DNA of 64,000 bases from Octopus sinensis (taxonomy: Eukaryota): positions 16,864,001 through 16,928,000 of the forward strand of contig NC_042998.1 in the NCBI RefSeq assembly GCF_006345805.1. The letters are read 5' to 3'. The first letter of the stretch is position 1; each line of letters starts with the position of its first letter. Positions 1 through 11,900 of the stretch are shown piece after piece. A program made the position numbers and the translations under genes. The notes under the pieces are model-generated. The model saw nothing but the letters and a program-made list of their open reading frames with translations, made no database searches and was not told the origin of the DNA.

Positions 1-250
1 GTGTTTGAGAGTGTGCGTTTTGTGCCATTGTGTATCTACGTGGGTTTATAAATATTTATTTCTGTATATGCTTATCTGCATGGATCAAAATAGACTTTTG
101 TACGTTTACAAATGTATTTGCGTATACAGAATTACTGTTTACGTGATTAGGTATAATATCAATGCATGCATAGATAAATATAACGTGGTGTGTCTCTGTA
201 TATTTATGCTTTATGCGTATGTGTGCGTGCACGGGTGTATATGAGTGCTT

Positions 251-252
251 GT

Positions 253-320
<68 letters not shown>
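251..320. repeat. (CA)n-(TA)n microsatellite
   Basis: Directly visible dinucleotide runs; source of the spurious VC/YI ORFs. Confidence 0.95.
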
Positions 321-321
<1 letters not shown>

Positions 322-322
<1 letters not shown>

Positions 323-530
323 ATAGCTGAATTTTACAGAAAAAAATGAAGACAGCTGTATAAGCAACAACCAGGTGTATTAGTTTGACACTGGGGAAGG
401 TAAGGAAGTATTTTGCATTTCGAGCCCACGCTCTTCAACAAAAAGGAGTAAGAGAAAATAAACAGAGAGATAATTAAAAAAACAAACTTGTGTATTGGAT
501 TTAGCGATCGATCATAGCGACTGTTTGGGA
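322..530 (-). mobile_element. Penelope-like pseudo-LTR (subfamily B) with degenerate hammerhead-like motif
   Basis: Colinear with 25045-25235 (TTTACAGAAAAA...TGTATTAGTTTGAC...TTTCGAGCCyACGCyCTTCA...AACTTGTG...GATTTAGCGAT). Minus strand reads UUGUUGA-A-GAGC-GUGG-GCUC-GAAAUGCA. 3' end abuts (TA)n. Confidence 0.6.
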
Positions 531-884
531 AAACAAAGGTTTGACAAGAGAGGTAGAAATTAAGGGAGCTAATAAAGTATTAATGCCCCCAAAACGATGA
601 CGCGCGCGCGTGTATGTATGTATGTGAGAATATGCAAGTGTGTATGTGTGGAGTGTCGCTAGTGACTTTGACGTATGTAGATGTGTGCATGTATAAGTGT
701 GTGCCTATGTAAAATGTGTGGTGTGTGCGGAGTTAGGGTGGGGATGGAGGGCGTATGGATGAAGAGTGAAGGTGGGTATGAGAGAAGATAGAGGAAGATG
801 TCAGAAGAAGAGAGGAGAGGAGAGGTGGGTAGGAGTGAAGAGGGGAAGTAGTGTCTGAGGAAGAGTGGAAGGTGAAGAGAGGAG

Positions 885-2490
885 AGTTTAGCTCATAGGG
901 CGCAAAGAAGAGAAGAGATATTAATTCTTGTTCATGGTAAGGGCGCGAGTCGGGATGGCCCCTCTGCTAAGACAATGCGAACACAGGTGTTGTAGTGAAT
1001 GTCCGGTAGAGTGTAAATGCACGAGATCGGGGTCTCATTGCCGAGTCTGATGTCTTGGATGTGCAATGTGATCCGGTCGGCCAAGCGGCGTCCCATTTGA
1101 CCGATGTACATGTGTATGTGAATCTTTTTCCTGTGTGTGTATATCTCTTTGTGTGTTTGTGTGTTTGTTCATGTGTGTTTGTGTGTATGTGTGTGTGTAT
1201 GTATCTATAAGGTAGAAAATGAATCAATTTAAAAGTACAAATAGAATGTATAAGCATGTTTATCTATATTCACATTCAGGCAATTTATTTTTATATCTTT
1301 AAGGTTTACAAGTGTAAGTTTTGTAAAGTGACATGGCGCAATAAAATCTATGACATTTCTGGTCGTAGCTGAATAATTTATCCCTTTTATCATAGAGAGT
1401 ATGTGGCTTTCATCTCCATCATATGATGTACTTGTTGATTGGTTGATGATGATCATGTGGTGAGTAGAGGAGAATGTGTTCAGTTCTATCCAACGACCAT
1501 GTCCGAGGCTATACGGCAGCCGAACGAGAGCTTTATGTCGAAGTCTTAGTTTAATAGAACTTTTAGTCTAATAGATTCTCGTTGACGCCCAAAGTCTCCT
1601 CGGAGATATTGTTGCGGAAGAGTGAGTCTGACAAAAGATACCCATATCTGCTCACTGTCAAAGAAGCTCCCACGAAAGGCGACGGATCCGTCGTCGTAGC
1701 GAACGAGCAATACGGGGGTACTCGCAACGAAAGGGAGCAGGGTTAATATTCAGGAACCCGAACTCGGAGAGTGCCCATCAGTCGGCGGAAACGCGATGCG
1801 CTTCCCATGCGTCCGTCCTCGAAGCTGGCAGCACGGCGGAGTAGAAGCAAGGCAAAGCAGCGGCAATGCAAACGAGCCCTGAGTCGCTGCCGGGAGCCTT
1901 TTGGATGAGTTCTCTCTTCTAAGTAAAGGACTGCGTCCGTGGAATTGACTCGTCCGGTGATACGAATATGGTGCCGTCTTGCCCATTTGATTCCAAGATC
2001 GAAAAGAAAGACGAAGAAAATACAATTCCTTATAATTTGAAAAAGGAAGATTTTGGCTTGTCAGAATTTAAAAAGTTTTGGTTGTCGGTTGTTCGACCTT
2101 AACCAGTGGAACATGTCCTTTAGTGGCTGACGATAGTGCATCTCTGATCACGAACAGAAGTAGTTGGGGAGCATCATATCCATTTGTTGAAAGGAATTCT
2201 TGGAGGTTTGGATAATTCACTTCTGGAAACATGGCTGGTTCGTTGAACATCCTTAAACAATTCTTATTCAGCGACCCTTTGAGCGGGATAGATTACTCGA
2301 CCAGAAAAAATTCTAACTTGGCTCCACCTGCAAGGTCATGCACTGTTTATCTTGATATGAGATCACCATGTCGAGCACATTTGGTTGTGATGCATGTTCT
2401 AGGTGTACATTATCAAACGGGTAGTCATGATGGGTATACTGGGCTTCGTATATTTTACCCCTGTGTCAATTTGATGGCATGCCCTACTCT
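885..2490 (-). pseudogene. Degraded Penelope-like element: RT thumb remnant plus GIY-YIG endonuclease
   Basis: Minus-strand pieces: QMGRRLADRITLHIQDIRLGNETPI...HEQELISLLFFAPYELN (~890-1100; G.T.R.L..R..EH and EQ.LI..L..P.GLN motifs), IKGINYSATTRNVIDFIAPC (~1300-1400; NVIY.I.C motif), and NVLDMVISYQD...LQEFLSTNGY (~2150-2400; FLD..I and F..RGY motifs). Frameshifted and interrupted by low-complexity DNA. Confidence 0.55.
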
Positions 2491-2496
2491 CTTACT

Positions 2497-2497
2497 C

Positions 2498-2551
<54 letters not shown>

Positions 2552-2557
2552 TAATAA
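2497..2557. repeat. (AAT)n microsatellite
   Basis: About 20 AAT units. Confidence 0.95.
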
Positions 2558-3202
2558 TGAAAATAACATCAACATCAGCTATTATCATTATTGTTGTTAC
2601 CATTATTATGTTATTGCTCTTATTACTATTACAACACTGTATTATTAAAGGCATGTTGTAGATCATGGAATAGTTGAAAACAGTATGGCACAAACATAAG
2701 ACATAAGAATAATCAGGATAGTCATTAAGGGCGTCATGTCTCTTTGAAGAGAAGAATCGATTACATATATCTAGTTTATCTACTGATAACATGTTGCATT
2801 GAAATGCTTGTTGAAATATTGCGAATAGTGACCTAAAAGGAAAGGTTTATATGTATTTGAACGTTAATGTGTATTTCTACAGCTTTGGTCAATAAAGCAC
2901 ACTTTCACAAGAACGTGTCCATCTTTAAATAACATAAAACCAAACTATACGTTTGTTGAAGAAAATGCCTGAGTCGGTATTTGAATATATGGAATAATGG
3001 ACTATAATGAAATCCACCGCTGAATCATTTGGAATTTGAACCTCTAAATATAAGTGTACGAATTAACCTATATAACAAAATTTTATAAATGACTCTTCAT
3101 ACAGTCTGTGCCAAATCTAGTCCCTCAATATTACGAAATGTTACAATGCTTTCTAATTTTTCTTTCCTTGAGTAATCAGCTAAATTGTGTGTATATGTAT
3201 AT

Positions 3203-3280
<78 letters not shown>

Positions 3281-3399
3281 CACACACACATGTGTTTGTG
3301 TATTTGTATATATGTATAAAGCACTTAATAGCTTCCTTGGCCAAAAGTAGATGATCGATTTTATTTAGTATGCCATCATATTAATTTATATACTTTCAG

Positions 3400-3473
3400 G
3401 CAACACAACTGCCGATGTTCACTTTCAATGGGAATTATGCCAGTCGGAAATGATTGGAAGTATTTCTTGGCAG
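3400..3473 (+). CDS. Candidate internal exon of an unidentified host gene
   Basis: Acceptor TTTATATACTTTCAG|G and donor CAG|GTATAA around 74 nt of higher-complexity DNA. Two frames are open (QHNCRCSLSMGIMPVGNDWKYFLA or NTTADVHFQWELCQSEMIGSISWQ). No family recognised. Confidence 0.3.
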
Positions 3474-4339
3474 GTATAACCTATGTTCGGGGATAGTGAT
3501 AGGATTACATACATATCTGAAAATATAAGCTCGTTATGTATTTAAATCATGATTTCTTTCCAAGTGATACTCTAACTCTATATAATGGAAATGGCCTATC
3601 TATCGTATTCTTTTCCACGACGTTATTATTTCTGTTGGAGGCATTTTGTTTTGTTAAAGGTAATCATAGTATAAATAAGAATAGCAAATCATTTTATTAT
3701 GATAATGTAATAGCAACAACAGGAGCTAATACATTGAACACCGAATTTATAATAATAATAAGGAGGAGGATCAGGAGCAGGAAGAAGAGCAGGAAGAGAA
3801 TAAGGAGAAGACGAATTATCTATGTTACTGTCCGACAGTTGTGAATAATTGGCGACATTCATGATCTGCAGTGCTCTGCCGGCCTTTGTTACCTTCGGAG
3901 GAAGCAGGTCTCTCAAATAAACAAATTAGAGTAAAATATGTCTGGTAAACTGATACTGCCTCAAGAGTTTAGAGTTTGTAGGCGGTGGTTTGGTCTCAGT
4001 ATATTCCGTGACATCGTTAGTTACGAGGCGACTCGAACTTCATGTAGATCATATTGACAGCATATTGACTGTGGGAGTAGTGGAGCATGTCACTTCTACA
4101 AATTGAAAGAAAATAGGGATGTCGGCCGCAAAGGATCACACATATTTTGGTGTTCTAGGTCGCGCTGGATCAACGTCACCAGCTGCCGCAAGGAAACACT
4201 GGTGTCAGGTTACAACGAAAATACCACGTGGTGGAAACTGGAGAGCGGAAAGATTGTTACTGAAATATTCTGAAAGACGGACATCTGCTTTGACCACTGT
4301 GCAAATCTCGTTGTCATTTAGTCACCCATCCCTCGAAAT

Positions 4340-4920
4340 GAGAAACAAATTTTTAACCTCGGGACAGCCGCCAAATTCTGGTGGCTGAACATATCACAAT
4401 TTTTCGAATAATCTAAATTCATCAAGGCTCTTCACATGATATTATTCAAAGTCTGTTCCTGTGTCTTTTTGCACGTCAAGGCGAAAGCTTGCTTGACAGG
4501 AAATTGTTTGCGTGTAAATGGAATTGGAAATTCTGATTCTGGAGATACATGTGGTATTCTTGAGATTAGCAGAGTTGATCCTGCATAAGGACAAGAAGCA
4601 ACCGCAGCCTCAGTAACATCATCATATACGCTGCCAATGATGTAGTGTGTACCACTGTAATGCCCATTACTAGCATCTAAATTTCTCAGAAGCATTATGT
4701 ATCGGTTTTTTTCTTTAGTTTGACAATGTAATGTGGAAACCCTGATGGTGTAAGTTTGTTGATGAACTCGTTTGGGTACATAGTTTCATTATAAACTGTA
4801 TCTGAGCCTTTGTATATTGTTAGCTCACCAGCGACCCTGTTCAAAAGAAAGTCATTCACAAATTCCGTTGCTTCATTTATAGCTGGATTGACGTTGAAGT
4901 GCTTTTATCGTTTTACCACT
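4340..4920 (-). pseudogene. Helitron Pif1-helicase C-terminal fragment (second, divergent family)
   Basis: MYPNEFINKLTPSGFPHYIVKLKK-(frameshift)-MLLRNLDASNGHYSGT...RIPH...FTRKQFPVKQAFALTCKKTQEQTL...MFSHQ matches Pif1 motifs YP.EFLN.L.P.G.PPH, MLLRNL..G..NGT, R.QFPV..AFA.TI.KSQGQ and FSHGQ. Confidence 0.8.
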
Positions 4921-4928
4921 TGGCAATC

Positions 4929-4967
4929 ACATTATTATTGTTGTTGTTGTTGTCGTCATCATCATCA

Positions 4968-5055
<88 letters not shown>

Positions 5056-5078
5056 CAGCAGCAGTAGCAACAGTAGTC
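4929..5078. repeat. Compound trinucleotide microsatellite (TTG)(TCA)(TTA)(TAG)(CAG)
   Basis: Directly visible; explains the poly-L/V/Y/I ORFs. Confidence 0.95.
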
Positions 5079-5638
5079 GTCTACTTTTCGGATGCAATTC
5101 CGAAGACGTCTGCGACAGAGCGCAGTAAGTCAATAAATTCTATTTAATATCTATTAATTTTTTTTTTTGCCAGTTTTATAAAAAATTAATTTCAGGAACG
5201 AAAAAAACTGTAACGAGCTGCAGCAAGAATATCAAGCAAACATACGTGAATATTTCTAAACCTTATGTAATTTTAATAGAATCTAGAGTAATTTTATATT
5301 TATATAATGAGAAAATCACATTTATAAAAATTATTTCCTGGACGAATTCATCCTAGAATCCACTGATATATTCAGATATAATTCCATGCGATACATATAA
5401 ATTTCACGGAAAAAAATCCATTAGGTAAAGGAAATGTCTGCAATAGATCAAATGAAATATTTTGGAGAAGTCTTGCAATGGACTTAGTGACACCAGGAGT
5501 ACATGTGTTATATACCATTCACTAACAGTAGCATACATATTTCTCTAAATTAGAGTAAGTTTTATTTTCATATACGTATTGTGATCTGGCGAAGCAAAAT
5601 TAACATGAAATTATCTTCTACGATAATAGGACTAAGTA

Positions 5639-5863
5639 TTGGGTTGTCCGGAAAGTTCCTGCCGATTTATAGTAGCTTACCTTTCGCTTTACCCTCCCAG
5701 GCACCTCAATTCTTGGAAGAGGGTAATTTCAAGTTAAAGGAAAGATGGAGATGCATTGTGCAGTAAAATGACTTATAGTTGATTGATTAAAAATATAATG
5801 GCAATTAATTATTGAAATTTTTCTTTCCTTTAAAGATCAGCACGAACTTTCCGGACAGCCCAA
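5639..5863 (+). mobile_element. Internally deleted mariner derivative (MITE), TA target duplication
   Basis: About 30-bp TIRs TTGGGTTGTCCGGAAAGTTCCTGCCGATTT / AGATCAGCACGAACTTTCCGGACAGCCCAA, with TA at 5637-38 and 5864-65. Interior encodes FLEEGNFKLKERWRCIV, resembling the mariner transposase C-terminus (GI.KL..RW). Confidence 0.85.
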
Positions 5864-6342
5864 TACTTACTACGTTCTTTGGGCAGTAAATTGTTAGTGA
5901 TGTTAAACTGATTCTATTCATCTTAATCGTTAACATCTACGCATGTTCAGCTATACTTCCATTCCTCTGATTTGCAGAAACTTATTTTTCATCCTTATAA
6001 CAACATAACTTACGTTTTGGATAATGTGTTGAATTTCATTACATATACATTATATACAACCCCAGCTCTTTGCGCTTTGCAATGTCCTCAAAATTCACTT
6101 AGAATTTAGAAGGTTAATGTGTCGATTCTGATAATTAAAATATTTTACCGACAGCTTTTGAAAAGGAAAAAGAACCAAAAGTTCGGTCTAGCATTGATAT
6201 CTACGAATATCACTAGTACATGTATTGCCATAAAGATTTTCCCCGATTGCATATGGCTTCGTTGTAATATATCAATCTAGCTATTCTTGCATGCACTCAT
6301 ACATATACATGCGTAAGTTCGCATATATAAGTTCATATATAT

Positions 6343-6796
<454 letters not shown>

Positions 6797-7301
6797 TATA
6801 TACATCACACGCACGTCTATACATGCAGAAATGCATATATAGAGGCACATACCTACGCCAACGCAGACACACCCGTATGGAACCATGCACTCAGGCACAT
6901 CTTAACTTTATTTTATCTTCAACCAAACAGAACGTGTAAAAATACAAATGAGAAGCAGCAACTTACAGACTGCTATATTGAATGCATAAACAAATATATA
7001 TAAAAGCCAGCATATATTTTTTGCCTCTGAAGGGATTGTGCCCAGGTCATATAAATTTAATATTCAGTTAATTCACTGAGTATTAACTGAAACAGAAGTA
7101 TGGGTTGATGATTGATTTTTGTTAATATTAAACAACTATTAATTACCCAAACTTCATTTTCTTTTTCTTCCTTCAAACGAGTATGAAATATTCTTTAGCA
7201 TATATACTTTTTTAATGAAAGTAATTCCCCCAAAATATTAAGTATTAAACCAGTATTTCCTTGGATGAACCCATCCCTTCATGAGGCTAACACAACCTCT
7301 A

Positions 7302-7360
<59 letters not shown>

Positions 7361-7362
<2 letters not shown>

Positions 7363-7995
7363 CAATTAAGGAACGGCCATAATAGGCCATTCACCCACTA
7401 GAATAACAGCCAAAGCTTCTACCGCAATTAAAGATTAATTCCGTAAACAGGAGAAAATTAAAAAAACATTTACCCTGTAATTTCTTGTACGGTATACCGT
7501 TTCATCCGCTGTTTAATGGTAAACTAACCTGATTAAATTAAATCAAGTCAATCTTCCATAAGCCCTCGGATTCTCAGCAAGAAATAGCTCAAGTCGGAAC
7601 AGATATTTACACGAGGCATACCCGAGGTATGCCTCGTGTAAATATCTGTTCCGACTTGAGCTATTTCTTGCTGAAGAATCCGAGGGCTTATGGAAGATTG
7701 GCTTGATTTAATTTAATCAGGTTAGTTACCATTAAACAGCGGATGAAACGGTATACCGTACAAGAAATTACAGGGTAAATGTTTTTTTAATTTTCTCCTG
7801 TTTACGGAATTAATCTTTATTTGCGGTAGAAGCTTTGGCTGTTATTTCTAGTGGGTGAATGGCCTATTATGGCCGTTCCTTAATTGTTAATGTTGAACTT
7901 AAAATGGTCTATGACTATTTAATTTTTTCCCACTGGACCGCTGGTGGCAATAAAATTCTACAAAATTTTCCTTGCCACCCTATATTGATTAATTA
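7361..7995 (+). mobile_element. Fold-back element (262/263-bp inverted arms, 3-nt loop) flanked by (TA)n; probable PLE pseudo-LTR derivative
   Basis: 7361-7622 is the reverse complement of 7626-7888, with about 5 differences by eye. The right arm continues to ~7995. (TA)n on both sides. Confidence 0.85.
7663..7768 (+). ncRNA. Type I hammerhead ribozyme, complete core
   Basis: Stem I AUUUCUUG/CAAGAAAU (8 bp); CUGAAGA at 7671-77; stem II AUCCG/CGGAU enclosing 57 nt; GAAA at 7745-48; stem III ACGG-UAUA-CCGU; predicted cleavage GUA| after 7760. Confidence 0.85.
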
Positions 7996-8036
<41 letters not shown>

Positions 8037-8037
<1 letters not shown>

Positions 8038-8196
8038 TACGACGGGCTTCTTTCAGTTTCCGTCTACCAAATCCACTCACAAGGCATTGGTCGGCCTGAG
8101 GCTACAGTAGAAGACACTTGCCCAAGGTGCCACGCAGTGGGACTGAACCCGGAACCATGTGGTTGGTAAACAAACTACTTACCACACAGCCACTCA
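8037..8196 (-). mobile_element. tRNA-derived SINE (family 2)
   Basis: Minus strand A box TGGCTGTGTGG and B box GGTTCAGTCC; body shared with 34674-34830 and 36281-36402; ends in (TA)n. Confidence 0.85.
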
Positions 8197-8204
8197 TATG
8201 TAGG

Positions 8205-8247
<43 letters not shown>

Positions 8248-8264
8248 GACTTATAGTTGATTGA

Positions 8265-8924
8265 TTGGAGATTTTAGATGTTATAGAACTATTTATTAGA
8301 GATAATCGTAAATATAGAAACATTTTCTCTTTTAATAATTTTGGAGTTGGTTACTCTACCACTAATAATGTTGGTAACATTATTTCTTCATTAAGTAAAT
8401 ATAAACTGAATAATTTTTATAAAAAGAAATTATTTGATAATAATATTAATAATGATAAGACTTATATTAATTGTACATGTAGAGTTAAATCTAATTGTAT
8501 ATTAAATAATAATTGTGATATTAACGATGTAGTGTATAAATGTATAGTTACATTACATGATAATAACTTTAAGAATAATAATTACCCAAAAGCGGTTTAT
8601 ATAGGTTCTACTTCATCAAAAATAAAACTAAGAATCGCACAACATATGAATTCTTTTAAAAATAAAAACTTAATCAACTCAACCGGACGTAGTAAGTACA
8701 TTTGTAGTCTTAAATCACTAAATATTAATTATAGTTTAATTTGGGAAATAATTTGTAAAACTAAATCATATACTATAGGAGCTAATTGTTGTTATTTATG
8801 CTCTAATGAGTTTAAAGAAATTTTATGTTATAAGTATGATAATTTACTTAATACTGGTGAAGAGCGCAAAATAAAATGCAGACATAAGTTACTTTACCTA
8901 TATAATAAGTTTCATGATAAATAG
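8265..8924 (+). CDS. Penelope-like GIY-YIG endonuclease domain (5'-truncated ORF remnant, Cys-rich type with terminal KCRH)
   Basis: CTCRVKSNC..NC...VVYKC (VVY), VYIGSTS..K.RIAQH..SF (YIG and catalytic R/H), CYLC..E, LLN..E and KCRH, open for 219 codons. No RT upstream. Confidence 0.85.
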   Translation: MEILDVIELFIRDNRKYRNIFSFNNFGVGYSTTNNVGNIISSLSKYKLNNFYKKKLFDNNINNDKTYINCTCRVKSNCILNNNCDINDVVYKCIVTLHDNNFKNNNYPKAVYIGSTSSKIKLRIAQHMNSFKNKNLINSTGRSKYICSLKSLNINYSLIWEIICKTKSYTIGANCCYLCSNEFKEILCYKYDNLLNTGEERKIKCRHKLLYLYNKFHDK

Positions 8925-11900
8925 CAATAATAGTTCCCTTTTAGGTTACTTTAGTTTAGTTTAAATTAGTTTAGATAATATATTTTTTGGTTATGTAGTC
9001 TAGGCTTTAATTATAGTTAGTCTTTATTGATATTTCTTTGTTTTAATTAGTTCATTTTTAATGTATATTAATATAACAGTTTATGGTATGTTAAAACTTT
9101 AATAATTTATATTAGGTTTTTTTTATTTTCTTTATTTATTTATATATTTTTTTAATTTTTTTTAATTTTTTTATTTTTATTTTATTTTATTATGTATTTT
9201 TATTATGCATTTGTTATATGTATTTTGGAGGATATATTTATATGTTGATGGGTGTTATTTAGTGGTGTTTTTATTGAGTTTTGTATGTATGTGTGAATGT
9301 TTACGATCCCTTTGTTTTTTGTTTTTTATTTGGTATGTTGAATTGACAGATTTTATTTGGGTATTGTCTGTTATAATAAAGTACACACACCCATAACAAA
9401 TATAAGTGCCCACTTCATTCGCGCGTACCTGGAATTGCATGTGAGCCTCAACATATACACCAAACGGCCACTCCCGCCCCATATGGACAAATAAACACAT
9501 ACATCCCCAAAAATGGGCGTAATCCCATTCACACCAATCATATGTATACAATTATACACACTAGAATAATACATAACTAACCCACATATACAGAACATAC
9601 CAAAAATCACCAACTAACCACCATCACAAATGAAACCCACACCCATACAATGACAAAACTCCCCCCTCCATACCCAATTTACACCCACATAGCAATCCCA
9701 ATATATTCATCCATACATGGACGCACGTGCGTGAAGCACATGCACACAATAAATACGTACAACCCCCCAATACACACTCATATACATACGTATCAAGCTC
9801 GACATCCACAGCAATACGCTTACACCCACTCACACCCAGATGGGTGAATTGCACAACCAGGGAACGCACACACACACGTGTGCGTATTTTGATTGTGCAA
9901 CTCGCCCATATGCATGTATGCGGGTGCGATTACATTGTTGCACATATCGAGCCCAAATAGCATGCATATGTACATGTGAGGGGGTACACGCACATGACGT
10001 GCGCGTGTACCCCCTGCATTTATACCCGTGCGTGAATATACACATGGAGACTACCACACAGGTACAAATGTGTATAGTAATGGGAGCCCCATCACTACAC
10101 TCAATGTATACTATCACCCATCCGCACGGATGTGAAAGTGAATCTCCGGTGTATATGTTGAGGCTTATATGTAGCGCTGTGGAGGCGAACGTCATTGAAA
10201 TTGTGAATGAATGGGTGGAGTTGGGAATTGTAACCGGGTGGTGGACTAGCGTTGCTTGGAATTGTGAATGGAATAGTGTAGTAGTAAGGAAGGCATCGAG
10301 AATAGATTTGGGTTACTGCATGTTGTTTGTTAGAGCTGCTAAGATGAGCTAAAGCTCATAAATGTATATAATAATTTATCATGGTAGTTTTTTATTGAAT
10401 CCATTCATAATAAATTTTTTTTAAGTAGTGTTGGTTTGCCACGTGGATATAGTTTTTAGTTCCATTTATTCTATTTCTCCATTCATAATTTTAAATGACG
10501 TTTACTTTCCATGGCGCGTATTCTTTTTTTACATAAGTTATATTTCTATGGTAACGTAATTTTGGTTTGATTTTTTTAACGGCTAAGAATTTAATTTCAC
10601 TTCATAATTTGAAACTGACTTGTAAGTATGTATTTTATTTCTCCTTATGTCATATTGTTATTTTTGATATTCTGGTTAATTACGATGTATTTAATGTTGT
10701 TTTTCATAGGAGTGTTTATGTATATGAGATTGTGTGTGAGTTTTTAGTTGTATAATTTATTTATCTGTATGAGTGTGGGTGTGTAAATATTGTTGTATAT
10801 ATCGAGTTTAGTGAGTATGTATATGCGTATATGTGAGGGAGTATATGTATCTGTTGTTTGTGTGTGTGTGTTTTGCGTGTGTGTGTGTTTGTGTGTGAAT
10901 GTGTATATGGGTTTGTTATTTAGGTTTTGGGATGTATGTGTTAATTTGTCTGTGTGGGGAGGGAGTGGGTTTTTGGTGTATATTGAGGTTTATAAGTTAG
11001 TATAGGTATGTGTATAAGTCGTGGGTCTGTGGTTTACGTGTGTGTATTTGTGTGTGAATGTTTAGGTTAGGGGGATTGCTATATAGGTTTGTTATAGAGT
11101 TTAGCAAAGGGAGATTTTATCGTTATATGTTTTAAGAGTTTTGGTTTATCATGGGTTTTTTTAGGGAATTCGTGGTAATTTGTCTATTTTCGATGTTGGT
11201 TGTTTTATTACATTGTTTCATTCATAATTTTTGAGTGGTATTCGTTTTGCCACGTGAATATTATTTTTAATTCCATTTATTCCATTTCTCCATTCATTAT
11301 TTTAAAAGATGTTCGTTTCCAGAGCGGTTATACTTTTTATACATATGTTAAGTTCCTTGGTAAAGTAATTTTGTTTGGTGTATATGTTGAGGCTTATATG
11401 TACTTGTGGGTGTGTGTGAGTGGGGTGGGTGTTTGTATTTGTTATGGGTGTGTGGTTTACGTGTGTGTATTTGTGTGTGAATGTATAGGTTAAAGGGATT
11501 GCTATATAAGTATGTTATAGTGTTTAGTAAAGGGAGGTTTTATCATTTATGTTTTGTGAGTTTTAGCTTATCATGGTAGTTTTATAAAAGAATCCATTCA
11601 TAATTTTTGTGTTTATTTGTCCGTGTGGGGTTGAGTGGGTTTTTGGAGTATATGTTGAGGTTTATATGTATGTATAGGTATGTGTAAGTGGTGTGGGTAT
11701 TTGTATATGTCGTGGGTGTGTGGTTTACGTGTGTGTATTTGTGTGTGAATGTTTAGGTTAGGGGTATTGCTATATAGGTATGTTATAGAGTTTAGTAAAG
11801 GGAGATTTTATCATTATATGTTTTTATGAGTTTTGGTTTATCATGGTAGGTTTGTTAAGGAATTCGTAGTAATTTGTGTCTATTTGCGATGTCTGTTGTT

